Sequence record: DRR723986_2929 | DNA: 57,816 bases | Reading direction: 5' to 3' (one strand) | Shown here: one piece after another, positions 1 through 9,201 of the stretch | Position numbering within the stretch: position 1 is the stretch's first letter | How the letters are laid out: every line of letters starts with the position of its first letter | Made by a program: the position numbers and the translations under genes | Notes under the pieces: generated by a model | Told to the model about the DNA's origin: nothing | The model's input: only the letters and a program-made list of their open reading frames with translations | Database searches by the model: none

Positions 1-852
1 GCGCATGCAGTGGTGGATACGGCCCGGGCCGAGACGCAGCTGCGAGATTTCGAAGCCGCGGCCTTCGCCGAGCAGCATGTTGTCCTTCGGAACACGGACG
101 TTCTCAAAGCGGATATGCATGTGGCCATGCGGAGCATCCGGATCGCCGAACACGTGCATCGGGCCGACAATAGTCACGCCAGGGTGCGGCAGCGGCACCA
201 GGATCTGCGACTGGCGGCGGTTCACGTCCGGGCCGTCATTGGTTTTCACCATGCAGATCATGATCTTGCAGCGCGGATCGCCTGCGCCGGAGATATAGTA
301 TTTCTCACCATTGAGAACCCACTCGTCACCTTCCAGAACGGCGCTCATGGAGACGTTCTTGGCGTCCGACGACGGCAGGGCCGGCTCGGTCATGGCGAAG
401 GCGGAGCGGATCTTGCCTTCGAGAAGCGGCTTCAGCCACTGCTCCTTTTGGGCCGGCGTACCGACACGTTCGAGAACTTCCATGTTCCCGGTGTCCGGCG
501 CGGAGCAGTTCATCGTTTCCGAAGCAAGCGGCACCTTGCCGAGTTCGGCGGCGATGTAGGCATAGTCGAGGTTCTTCAGGCCTTCGCCGGTTTCGGCGTC
601 CGGCAGGAAGAAGTTCCAGAGGCCCTGCTTCTTGGCTTCGTCCTTGGCTTTTTCGAGGGCTTCGAGCTGGCCCGGCGCATAAGACCAGATGTCGGTCTTG
701 TTCTCGCCGAGGCGTTCGAATTCCTCATACATCGGTTCGACCGTTTCCTTGATGAACCGCTTCACATGTTCGTAGAGAGGCTTTGCCTCCTCCGACATGC
801 GCAGGTCATTCAGTTCGGCCATTGCGTCCATGGATTGCTGAGTATCAGCCAT
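1..852 (-). CDS. Acyl-CoA dehydrogenase (3' end runs off the window)
   Basis: Not in the ORF track because there is no stop in the window. Manual translation: MADTQQSMDAMAELNDLRMSEEAK...NCSAPDTGNMEVL...SAFAMTEP...SSDA...NGEKYYISGAG...RLGPGRIHHCMR. GGAGG RBS upstream of the ATG at 852. Confidence 0.93.
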   Translation of the reverse strand, partial: MADTQQSMDAMAELNDLRMSEEAKPLYEHVKRFIKETVEPMYEEFERLGENKTDIWSYAPGQLEALEKAKDEAKKQGLWNFFLPDAETGEGLKNLDYAYIAAELGKVPLASETMNCSAPDTGNMEVLERVGTPAQKEQWLKPLLEGKIRSAFAMTEPALPSSDAKNVSMSAVLEGDEWVLNGEKYYISGAGDPRCKIMICMVKTNDGPDVNRRQSQILVPLPHPGVTIVGPMHVFGDPDAPHGHMHIRFENVRVPKDNMLLGEGRGFEISQLRLGPGRIHHCMR

Positions 853-1000
853 GGCTATCCTCCTTCGCTTCGTTTCGTTGAGCCATTGGTAGTCCGTGCG
901 GCCATCCGGCCGCAAATTCTTTCTTTGCAATCTTTTCTGACGGGGCCGCGCGGAAGGCCGCCGCTTTGCGCCGAATCGCAATCCGGTCTAGATCGCGCGC

Positions 1001-1747
1001 ATGAGCCCGATTGCTGCCGCCATCATTCTCGTCACTGTGCTGGTTACCAGTTTCATTTCGGGCATTTTCGGCATGGCGGGCGGCATCATCTTCATGGGTG
1101 TGCTGGCAGCCCTGGTGCCGGTCGCGACCGCGATGATCGTGCACGGCGCCGTACAGATGGTGTCCAACGGTTACCGCGCCTTCCTGTGGCGGGACCATAT
1201 CGACTGGCACATCTTCCGCCGCTACGCGATGGGTTCCATCCTGGCGGTCGGCCTGCTGTTCGCGCTCAGCTGGCGACCGGACAAACAAATGGTCTATGTG
1301 CTGCTGGGCTGCGTTGCCATGTTGGTCTGGCTGCCAAAAAAACTGCTCGATCTCGACATCCAAAACCGCTTCCAGGCCGAAGGCGCGGGCTTTGTTGTTC
1401 AGTCGCTGAACACGATTGCCGGCGTGTCCGGCCCGCTGCTGGACCAGTTCTTCGTCCACACCGACATGACGCGCCACGCCATCGTGGCGACCAAGGCGGT
1501 GACGCAGGTGCTGGCGCACTTCGTGAAAATCATTTTCTGGAGCACGCCTGTGCTCATGGCAGCGGGTGTTCAAGCCCTGCCGCCCTGGTGGCTGATCGCG
1601 GCAGCAGCGCCCCTGTCCATGCTGGGCACCACGCTCGGCGGCAAAGTGCTCGACCGGATGAGCGACGTAAACTTCAAACGCGGCATGAAATACCTCGTCA
1701 CCGCAATTGGTGCGGTCATGCTGATGAAGGCGGCTGGCTGGCTGTAG
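1001..1747 (+). CDS. TauE/SafE family (TSUP) membrane transporter
   Basis: 248 aa, about 8 hydrophobic segments; FISGIFGMAGG and GVSGPLL motifs typical of the family. Confidence 0.85.
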   Translation: MSPIAAAIILVTVLVTSFISGIFGMAGGIIFMGVLAALVPVATAMIVHGAVQMVSNGYRAFLWRDHIDWHIFRRYAMGSILAVGLLFALSWRPDKQMVYVLLGCVAMLVWLPKKLLDLDIQNRFQAEGAGFVVQSLNTIAGVSGPLLDQFFVHTDMTRHAIVATKAVTQVLAHFVKIIFWSTPVLMAAGVQALPPWWLIAAAAPLSMLGTTLGGKVLDRMSDVNFKRGMKYLVTAIGAVMLMKAAGWL

Positions 1748-1833
1748 CGCCACGCGCATTGGGTCACTCCACTGTCGACAGAGCGGACAATGCCTCAGGC
1801 TCGACCATTCGGGAACTTTATTGTATGAACACA

Positions 1834-1856
1834 AAACATCACCATCAGTGATGTTT
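1834..1856. promoter_or_regulatory. LysR-type operator, perfect inverted repeat AAACATCAC-N5-GTGATGTTT
   Basis: 9-bp perfect arms containing a T-N11-A core, 11 nt upstream of the LysR start codon. Confidence 0.7.
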
Positions 1857-1867
1857 GGGAGTCCGAC

Positions 1868-2800
1868 ATGAACCTGCGGTCCATCGACCTGAACCTGTTG
1901 CCGGTGCTGGAAGCCGTCTACGACGAACGCAGCCTGACGCGGGCGAGTGAAATCCTGCACATCACCCAGCCGGCCGTCAGCAATGCGCTCTCCCGGCTGC
2001 GCACCCATTTCGAGGATCCGCTGTTCGTGCGCGAGGGCCGCGGTGTGAAGCCAACCGCCATGGCAGAGGCCCTGATGCCCGCCGTGCGCGAGGCGCTCGA
2101 CCGGTTGCGCTCGGGGCTGGAGCCACGCTCGGTGTTCGAACCGTCCCGCTCGACCCGCGTGTTCAATCTCTCGGCCCGCGATGCCGGCGCCTTCCTGATC
2201 GCCCCGATCCTTGCTGCCCGCCTTGAACAGGTCGCGCCAGGCGTGCGGATTTCGTGGAGCCAGTTGCACAGATCGGCGGTCGCGGCCGAGCTTGCCACCG
2301 GCCGTCTGGATCTTGCCATCGACGTTGCCGACCTGCTCGGCATGGACATGGAACGCGAAGCGCTTCTGAAAACACCTTATGTCTGCGTCCTGTCACCGGA
2401 CCATCCGCAGGCGAACCATCCACTGACGGCCGAGCGCTTCTTCGAGCTGCGCCACATCACCGTCTCCAGCCGCCGGGAAGGCCGAAGCCTGATCGAGGAA
2501 CTGGCGCGCACGCATGGCCGCCGCATCACCCCGGCGCACCGCCTGCCGAACTATATGCCGGCGCTGGAAATCGTACGCCACACACAATTCGCGCTCGTCG
2601 CACCGCGCCAGATCGTGGAGCGTGCGGGGCTCGTCCTGCAGGAGCTGCCGTTCGAATTCGCTGCGCCGGAATCGACGCTCTACTGGCATCGGGAATATGC
2701 CGGGGATCCGGCGCTGACCTGGCTGCGGGGCCTCATCCGGGAGATTTCGCGGGAGCTGGCGCCATCGGCCGCCCCCGCAGAGCCCATAGTCGCGGCTTAG
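1868..2800 (+). CDS. LysR family transcriptional regulator (NodD/MexT-like)
   Basis: N-terminal HTH IDLNLL...SLTRASEILHITQPAVSNALSRLRTHFEDPLFVR; C-terminal WH..DPALTWLR. Confidence 0.95.
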   Translation: MNLRSIDLNLLPVLEAVYDERSLTRASEILHITQPAVSNALSRLRTHFEDPLFVREGRGVKPTAMAEALMPAVREALDRLRSGLEPRSVFEPSRSTRVFNLSARDAGAFLIAPILAARLEQVAPGVRISWSQLHRSAVAAELATGRLDLAIDVADLLGMDMEREALLKTPYVCVLSPDHPQANHPLTAERFFELRHITVSSRREGRSLIEELARTHGRRITPAHRLPNYMPALEIVRHTQFALVAPRQIVERAGLVLQELPFEFAAPESTLYWHREYAGDPALTWLRGLIREISRELAPSAAPAEPIVAA

Positions 2801-3474
2801 ACGGTCGACTGTTCCAGCGTTGGCATGATCGCGTCGATGGCCGGTTTCCGCACCAGCATCTTGTTGCGATAGTAGGCGCCATTGGCGATGGATTTCAGCG
2901 CGGTGGCCGTTTCCATGGCCGTATCCATCAAGGCACCGGGTTCAACCACCTTGTCCAGCCAGCCAACCGGCACGGCCTCGTCCGGCGTGTAGAGGCGTGC
3001 CTGCACCAGAGCCTCGGTCAGGTACAACGGGTTGAGGCGCGCCCGCGGCAGTTCGACACCGAAGCCCGGCAGGGTCATGCCATTGACCGTTTCATTCGCA
3101 CCAATCTTGAAGGCACCGCGCGTACCGATCCGCGTGTCGCCGCCCAGCAGGATGAACGCGCCCATGGCGATGGAATGCCCGGTCGAGGCGATGACGACCG
3201 GCATCTTCGAGGTGAAGAGGCGCATAGCCAGCTTACCGCCGCCGGTGACGAGCTTGCGCGCACCGTCGCCATCAGATGTCGCGAGGAATTTGAGGTCAAA
3301 CCCGGCAGAAAACTTGCCCTCGCGCCCGGTCAAAACCAGCACCTTGCCGTCCTTCTCCGCCTCGTCGAGGCAGGCATTCACCGCCTCCAGCATATCGAGG
3401 CTGATGGCGTTCGCCTTGCCGTCATCCATGGTGACGACGGAAATATCGTTTTCGGTTCTGACGGTCGCGGTCAT
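2797..3474 (-). CDS. Crotonase/enoyl-CoA hydratase family protein
   Basis: MDDGKANA, FSAGFDL, GHSIAMGA motifs; start MTATVR with GGAG RBS. Confidence 0.9.
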   Translation of the reverse strand: MTATVRTENDISVVTMDDGKANAISLDMLEAVNACLDEAEKDGKVLVLTGREGKFSAGFDLKFLATSDGDGARKLVTGGGKLAMRLFTSKMPVVIASTGHSIAMGAFILLGGDTRIGTRGAFKIGANETVNGMTLPGFGVELPRARLNPLYLTEALVQARLYTPDEAVPVGWLDKVVEPGALMDTAMETATALKSIANGAYYRNKMLVRKPAIDAIMPTLEQSTV

Positions 3475-3577
3475 GTGGATCTCCCTGTTTCTCCAACAAG
3501 GCATCGCGTGCCCTCAAGGAAAGCAAGCATTTCCGGCGCGTCAGGGGTGAAAGGCGGGACTTCAGCTAGCCCCCCAG

Positions 3578-4042
3578 CTACTTTCGGCGGGCCTTGAAGA
3601 AATCCTTCAGCAGCTGGCTGGCAGCCTCGCCGCGTGCTTCGTCCTGCTCTACCTCCGGCCGCCAGTGGCAAGTCGGCTGTTCGAAGAAGCGGGCGCCGTG
3701 GATCACCGCGCCGCCCTTCGGATCGCAGGCGCCGAAGACCAGCTTGCCGATGCGGGCGAGGCTGATCGCGCCCGCGCACATCGCGCAGGGCTCAAGCGTG
3801 ACATACATGGTAAGGCCGGTGAGACGGTAATTCCCGCGCGCCGCGGCCGCCATGCGCAGGGCGATGATCTCGGCATGGGCTGTCGGGTCATGGCCGCTGA
3901 TCGGCGCATTGGCCCCCTCGGCGACGATCTCGCCCGTTTCCGGATCGATGATCACCGCGCCCACAGGCACTTCACCTGCAGCGGCTGCAGCCCGCGCCAA
4001 TTGGAGCGCGCGGTCCATCGGATCAGTCAGCGCAAGGCTCAT
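3578..4042 (-). CDS. tadA: tRNA-specific adenosine deaminase
   Basis: GEVPVGAV, DPTAHAE and TLEPCAMCAGA zinc motifs; C-terminal LLKDFFKARR; ATGA overlap with the upstream gene. Confidence 0.9.
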   Translation of the reverse strand: MSLALTDPMDRALQLARAAAAAGEVPVGAVIIDPETGEIVAEGANAPISGHDPTAHAEIIALRMAAAARGNYRLTGLTMYVTLEPCAMCAGAISLARIGKLVFGACDPKGGAVIHGARFFEQPTCHWRPEVEQDEARGEAASQLLKDFFKARRK

Positions 4043-4821
4043 CTTGTGATGTCTTCTCCCGTCTCCAGAAATTCCCGCATTGCGGCCATGGCGGAGTCTG
4101 CCTTCAGCACGTTGTGGAAACCATGCTGTTCCTGCCGGGTGCCTTCGACAAGTCCCCAAGTCAGCGCACCCCGGACGAGACGCTTGGCATGGGCAAGGCC
4201 TTCCGCCCCGCACCCGGCCAGTTCGTTCGCCCAAACGGTCGCATGGGCCACAGCGTCATTCGCCACCGCATGGACAAGGCCGAGGTCGAGCGCCTTCGCG
4301 GCATCAACTGTCTGGCCAAACAGGATGAATTCCAGCGCCCGCGCCTCGCCGATCATGCGCGGCAGGCGCTGGGTCCCGCCGCCGCCCGGGAAGATACCGA
4401 TCCGCGTCTCGGGCAAGCCGATCAGCGGCACACTGCTGGCCGCGACCCGCAGGTCACAGGCAAGGGCTAGTTCAAATCCGCCGCCCATGCAGACGCCGTT
4501 AATGGCCGCGATGACCGGCTTCGGCGTTTCAAACACCGCGCGGACCATGTCGGCAAAGCCGCCCTGCTCGAAGTCTTCCGGTTTCAGCGCCCCGGCCTGC
4601 ACAGCCTCACCCACGGCGATGATCTCGCTGACATCGTAGTGGCGGACGAACACATCGTCCGTGCCTGTCAGGATGATGGCGCGAATGGCAGAGTCGCTGT
4701 CGGCCTCCGTGATCGCCGCCAACATCTGGCCGGACCCTTCGGCGGTCATGTAGTGGCGCGGCGGGTTGGCATACCGGATGAGGCGGACCGCCCCCGAGGT
4801 TTCCGTGGTTACGCTTGCCAT
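4039..4821 (-). CDS. Enoyl-CoA hydratase/isomerase family protein
   Basis: KPVIAAINGVCMGGGFELALACDLR and GLPETRIGIFPGGGGTQRLPR. Confidence 0.92.
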   Translation of the reverse strand: MASVTTETSGAVRLIRYANPPRHYMTAEGSGQMLAAITEADSDSAIRAIILTGTDDVFVRHYDVSEIIAVGEAVQAGALKPEDFEQGGFADMVRAVFETPKPVIAAINGVCMGGGFELALACDLRVAASSVPLIGLPETRIGIFPGGGGTQRLPRMIGEARALEFILFGQTVDAAKALDLGLVHAVANDAVAHATVWANELAGCGAEGLAHAKRLVRGALTWGLVEGTRQEQHGFHNVLKADSAMAAMREFLETGEDITR

Positions 4822-4928
4822 GCCTTCCTCCCGTTATTTCCTGGCAGAGTGAGCCCGCAAGCGCGGCAGCGCAAGGATGTGTTTTGCGGCGCGCCGTGCT
4901 AAGGCGCGGGCGGAAAAACGGAGAGGCC

Positions 4929-5489
4929 ATGCGCATCATTGCCGGACAGCATAAGGGGCGCGCGATTGCCGCGCCGAAGGGACAGGGCACGCGGCCGACG
5001 GCGGATCGTGCGCGCGAGAGCGTGTTCAACGTGTTGGCTCATGCCCCGTGGGCACCGGAGATCGAAGGCGCGCGGGTGATCGACCTCTTCGCGGGGTCCG
5101 GCGCGCTGGGCCTCGAAGCAGTGAGCCGGGGCGCCGCCTTCTGCCTGTTCGTGGAAACCGACCATGCGGCGCGCGGCGCGATCCGCGACAATATCGAAAC
5201 GCTGGGCCTCTACGGGAACACGCGCATCCACCGGCGCTCGGCAACGGACCTTGGCGAGAAGCCCGCAGGCGTCGGCAGCCCGTTTACGATCGCCTTCCTC
5301 GACCCGCCTTACCACAAGGACCTTGTGCGCCCGGCCCTCGCCTGCCTCGCTGAGGGCAAGTGGCTGGCGGAGGATGCCATCGCCGTGGTGGAGACCGCCT
5401 CGGACGAGCTGATCTTGCCGGAAGGCTGGGAGGTGCTGGACACCCGCGACTATGGCGCGGCCCGGGTCTGGTTCCTGAAGCAGGCTTAG
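4929..5489 (+). CDS. rsmD: 16S rRNA m2G966 methyltransferase
   Basis: MRIIAGQHKGR, TRPTADRARESVFN, DLFAGSGALGLEA, FLDPPY. Confidence 0.95.
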   Translation: MRIIAGQHKGRAIAAPKGQGTRPTADRARESVFNVLAHAPWAPEIEGARVIDLFAGSGALGLEAVSRGAAFCLFVETDHAARGAIRDNIETLGLYGNTRIHRRSATDLGEKPAGVGSPFTIAFLDPPYHKDLVRPALACLAEGKWLAEDAIAVVETASDELILPEGWEVLDTRDYGAARVWFLKQA

Positions 5490-6490
5490 CCCTTCAGGAA
5501 TTCCTCCCGCAGGTCGCAGTTCGACTGCTTCGTGCCGACAAGGTTTGCGTCGTCTGCGAGCCAGGTCTCTGCCGCTGCCCGGCCCTTGTCGCGCAGGTTG
5601 GTGAGGTAACGCCAGCTGGTGTCGAATTTGGTGTGCAGGCTCTGGTCCACCAGGTCCTGCCCGCCGCGGATCGCGTGTACGTTCAGGCGGCGGTATTTCT
5701 TCAGCATCGGCGCCTTCAGCATGCCGTCATCGAGCAGGCGCTGGACAAAGGCGATGGCGCGCAGCTCCCCGATCAGGGCGGCGTTGAAGCTGATCTCGTT
5801 GACGCGTTCCTGGATCTCGCCTGCCCGTTTCGGCACGCCGGGACGCTCGATCGGGTTCAGCGTCACCATAAGCACATCGGTCGGCGCGCCGGCATAGATC
5901 AGCGGGAAGATGCTGGGATTGCCCATATAGCCGCCATCCCAATAGGCGTGACCGTCGATTTCCACAGCCTGGAAGGTCTGCGGCAGGCAGGCGGAGGCGA
6001 GCACGGCATCGAGTGTCACCTCGTCACCGGTAAAGACCTTCACATGGCCGGATTCCACATCCGTTGCGCTGAGGAACAGCTGCAGGCCGGAAGCATGCAC
6101 GGCCTCGAAATCGATCACCTCCTCCACGGCATCGCGCAACGGGTTCAGTTTCAGAGGGTTCAGGTCGTAAGGGCTCGCCCAGCTCTGCAGGGCGGAGGCA
6201 TAGGCAAAGGCGGCCGCATTGTTGGCGCCATATGCCCTTACGTGCCGGCCGCTGTGCGACACAGCCTGCCACAGAGCTTCAAGCGCCTGCCGCGCGCCAC
6301 CTATTCCGCCTGCACCGTAGCCTCCGGCAAACGCGACAGCATTCATGGCACCGGCGGATGTTGCTGTGATGGCCCGGATATCGAAGCGATTCTCTTCCAA
6401 CAACCTGTCGAGGACGCCCCAAGTGTAGGCGCCATGGGCACCGCCGCCCTGCAGGGCGAGACTCAGAGGCTGCTTCGCCGGTTTCGCCAT
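5486..6490 (-). CDS. Patatin-like phospholipase
   Basis: LQGGGAHGAY oxyanion loop, ATSAG nucleophile elbow, WDGGY catalytic Asp. Confidence 0.92.
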   Translation of the reverse strand: MAKPAKQPLSLALQGGGAHGAYTWGVLDRLLEENRFDIRAITATSAGAMNAVAFAGGYGAGGIGGARQALEALWQAVSHSGRHVRAYGANNAAAFAYASALQSWASPYDLNPLKLNPLRDAVEEVIDFEAVHASGLQLFLSATDVESGHVKVFTGDEVTLDAVLASACLPQTFQAVEIDGHAYWDGGYMGNPSIFPLIYAGAPTDVLMVTLNPIERPGVPKRAGEIQERVNEISFNAALIGELRAIAFVQRLLDDGMLKAPMLKKYRRLNVHAIRGGQDLVDQSLHTKFDTSWRYLTNLRDKGRAAAETWLADDANLVGTKQSNCDLREEFLKG

Positions 6491-6562
6491 TCAAGCCTCC
6501 TGTTCGCGACCGTCCTTGGGTGCTAACCCGTGAATCGGGATACAACCAGTGGGGAGCCCGGT

Positions 6563-7834
6563 ATGCCTGCTATTCCTGATCCGGATGCCCGCGGTGCCAG
6601 CACCGTGGTCATCGAACGCCTCGGATCGAAGGGCGACGGCCAGGTACGGATCGACGGCGAATGGGTGTCCGTGCCGCACACCCTGCCCGGAGAGGAAGTC
6701 CGCATCGCTGTTAACGGCGACACAGTAAAACTTCTGGAGATTGTTACGCCTTCGCCGGACAGGCAGATCCCGGTTTGTCCGCACTATGCCAGCTGCGGCA
6801 GCTGCAGCCTGCAACACCTGGCGGATGGGCCTTACCGGGCATTCAAGCAGTCCCTGGTAATCAACGCCCTGAAGTCGCGCGGACTGGAACCGCATGTCGA
6901 GGAGGTCTGGGTCACACCGCCCGGCACGCGCCGCCGGATTTCGCTGGCCGCGCGGCGCACGAAAGCCGGCATACGGCTCGGCTTCCACGCCCGGCGCAGC
7001 CACGACATCGTCGATATCACCACCTGCCCCGTCGCCTCGCCGGAGATCACACGGAAAATCAGCGCCCTGAAAGAACTGGCCGGACCGCTGGCGCCGCTGA
7101 AAGGCGAGATGGTCCTGAAAGTAACTGCCATGCCGAACGGGCTGGACCTGCACATCACTGACACGGCCACCTTCGCCGCCCCGCATGATGTGATGATGGC
7201 CGGGGCCAAGGCACTGGCGGCGGGCTTCCTGCGCGTTGCTATTGGAAATGATGTTCCTTTGCAGCAAGCGACACCCGAGATCCAGGTCGGCAGAGCCTTC
7301 CTGCGTCCGAAGCCGGGCGGCTTCCTGCAGGCAAGCCCTGAAGCCGAGGCCTTCATGGCAAGCCTTGTGCGTCAGCACCTGAAATATGCACTGGAAGTGG
7401 CAGACCTTTTCTCCGGCTGCGGAACATTTGCGCTGCGGCTGGCAGAGGAGTCCCGCGTTCACGCAGCTGAAGGTGATGCCGAGGCGATTGAGGCGCTGGA
7501 ATCCTCCGCCCGCGCAGCACACGGCCTGAAACCGGTTACGGCAGAAGTGCGGGACCTGTTCCGCAACCCCGTCCCTTCCACTGCGCTGGCGCGCTTTCAG
7601 GGCATCGTGCTGAACCCGCCACGAGCCGGCGCCGCCAAGCAGGTGGCGGAAATTGCTTATAGCGGCGTGCGGCGGGTTGCCTACGTCTCCTGCGACCCCG
7701 GTACGCTGGCGCGTGACCTGCGCGTGCTGGTCGATGCCGGGTACCGGATCATGCTGGTACAGCCGGTCGATCAGTTCCTCTGGTCTGCGCATGTGGAGAC
7801 AGTTGTCCTGCTGGAACAGGGAAGCGGTGCATGA
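6563..7834 (+). CDS. 23S rRNA m5U methyltransferase, RlmD/TrmA family (start uncertain, 6530 or 6563)
   Basis: TRAM-like N-terminus, CPHYASCGSCSLQH Fe-S motif, FLQ, DLFSGCG, NPPRAG, YVSCDPGTLARD, HVE. Confidence 0.88.
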   Translation: MPAIPDPDARGASTVVIERLGSKGDGQVRIDGEWVSVPHTLPGEEVRIAVNGDTVKLLEIVTPSPDRQIPVCPHYASCGSCSLQHLADGPYRAFKQSLVINALKSRGLEPHVEEVWVTPPGTRRRISLAARRTKAGIRLGFHARRSHDIVDITTCPVASPEITRKISALKELAGPLAPLKGEMVLKVTAMPNGLDLHITDTATFAAPHDVMMAGAKALAAGFLRVAIGNDVPLQQATPEIQVGRAFLRPKPGGFLQASPEAEAFMASLVRQHLKYALEVADLFSGCGTFALRLAEESRVHAAEGDAEAIEALESSARAAHGLKPVTAEVRDLFRNPVPSTALARFQGIVLNPPRAGAAKQVAEIAYSGVRRVAYVSCDPGTLARDLRVLVDAGYRIMLVQPVDQFLWSAHVETVVLLEQGSGA

Positions 7835-8271
7835 CAGATCAGAAGCCCGTCCCGGCCGTCGGCGCGGTCTGCTTTCGCGGCGATGACGTCGCCCTGATCC
7901 GCCGCGGGACCAAGCCGATGGCAGGGAGCTGGTCCCTGCCTGGCGGCAAGATCGAATTCGGCGAACGCGCTGGCGATGCGGCATTGCGCGAGCTGAAGGA
8001 AGAGACGGGCCTGACCGCCCGGCTGGTCGGCCTGGTGGATGTGGTGGACGGCATCTTCACCTCCCGCACCACGGGCGATGTGACCCGCCATTTCGTCCTG
8101 TTCGACTACGCCGCGGTGTGGGTTTCCGGTACGGTAATGGCGGGTGATGATGCGGCCCACGCCGAATGGATCAGCCCGTCCCGTCTGGCAGAACTTCAAA
8201 TCTGGGACGAGACCCTGCGCGTCATCGAAGCGGCCCGGCAGCTCGTGACCGCCAGCCAATCTGCCTCTTGA
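7831..8271 (+). CDS. NUDIX hydrolase (ADP-ribose pyrophosphatase-like)
   Basis: Nudix box GGKIEFGERAGDAALRELKEETG; AGDDA. Confidence 0.92.
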   Translation: MTDQKPVPAVGAVCFRGDDVALIRRGTKPMAGSWSLPGGKIEFGERAGDAALRELKEETGLTARLVGLVDVVDGIFTSRTTGDVTRHFVLFDYAAVWVSGTVMAGDDAAHAEWISPSRLAELQIWDETLRVIEAARQLVTASQSAS

Positions 8272-8280
8272 CCGGTCCCA

Positions 8281-8303
8281 GCGTCACCTCTCTTGTGTGA
8301 CGC
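8281..8303. promoter_or_regulatory. Inverted repeat GCGTCAC-N9-GTGACGC upstream of the SDR gene (possible operator or hairpin)
   Basis: 7-bp perfect arms just downstream of a TTGACC hexamer at 8268-8273. Confidence 0.3.
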
Positions 8304-8338
8304 CAGACAAACAAACCAGAATCTTTCAGGAGGAAGCC

Positions 8339-9124
8339 ATGACCTATGCCCCATTCGACCTTACAGGAAAGGTCTGCGTCGTCACCGGCGGCAACAAGGG
8401 GATCGGCCTCGGCATGGTGGAGGCGCTGGCCGCTTCGAACGCCGATGTCGTCATCTGGGGCCGTAAGGAAGCCGACAATGACGCCGCCGTGAAAAAGGCC
8501 GATGCCCTCGGCACCGGCAAGGTCAAGGCATGGAAGGTGGACGTTGGCGAGGAAGCCGAAGTCGTCAAAGCAATGAAGGAAGCCGAGGAAGAATTCGGCC
8601 GCATCGACACCTGCATCGCCAATGCCGGGGTTGGTCGCGGCGCTGCCAACTTCCACGAGATGACGCTGGAAACCTGGCGCTACAACCAGCGGATCAATTC
8701 CGAAGGTGCGTTCTTCACCCTCCGCGAAGCCGCAAAGTCCATGGTGGCCCGCGCGAAGGCCGGTGACCTCGGCGGCAGCCTGATCGGCACGGCATCGCTG
8801 GCGGCGCTATCAGGCGCGGCTCGCAACCAGTCCTACGCCCACACAAAGGGTGGCCTCATCGCAATGATCAACGCCATCGCCGTGGAGTATGGACGCTACC
8901 AGATTCGTGCGAACGCTATCCTGCCAGGCTGGATCGCAACCGACATGACCGAAGCAGCCCAAGGCGCTGAAGTGTTCCAGACCAAGGTGATCTCCCGTGT
9001 ACCAATCCGCCGTTGGGGTGAGCCGGAAGATTTCGGCGGGATCGCCGTCTACCTCGCTTCGGATGCTTCGAAATACCATTCCGGCGATACGCTGCTGGTG
9101 GACGGCGGCTACCAGAAGTTCTGA
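8339..9124 (+). CDS. SDR family oxidoreductase
   Basis: TGGNKGIG, ANAG, YAHTK (YxxxK), LPGWIATDM; AGGAGG RBS. Confidence 0.93.
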   Translation: MTYAPFDLTGKVCVVTGGNKGIGLGMVEALAASNADVVIWGRKEADNDAAVKKADALGTGKVKAWKVDVGEEAEVVKAMKEAEEEFGRIDTCIANAGVGRGAANFHEMTLETWRYNQRINSEGAFFTLREAAKSMVARAKAGDLGGSLIGTASLAALSGAARNQSYAHTKGGLIAMINAIAVEYGRYQIRANAILPGWIATDMTEAAQGAEVFQTKVISRVPIRRWGEPEDFGGIAVYLASDASKYHSGDTLLVDGGYQKF

Positions 9125-9147
9125 TTCGGACATTCTGCATACAAATC

Positions 9148-9175
9148 AAAAGGGCCGCCCCAAAGGAGCGGCCCT
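9148..9175 (-). terminator. Intrinsic terminator between convergent genes
   Basis: Stem AGGGCCGC (9151-58)/GCGGCCCT (9168-75), followed by a short U run on the minus strand. Confidence 0.6.
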
Positions 9176-9201
9176 ATCTAATTCCGGAAAAGGTAATCCG
9201 T

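Noticed and set aside
10..1851. 613-aa plus-strand ORF and other long overlapping ORFs (e.g. 2254-3597, 6491-7984, 34112-35503, 38070-39284, 48192-49394, 53117-54457, 55086-56276)
   Set aside because: They are antisense or off-frame shadows of well-supported genes, expected at high GC, and carry no recognisable motifs.
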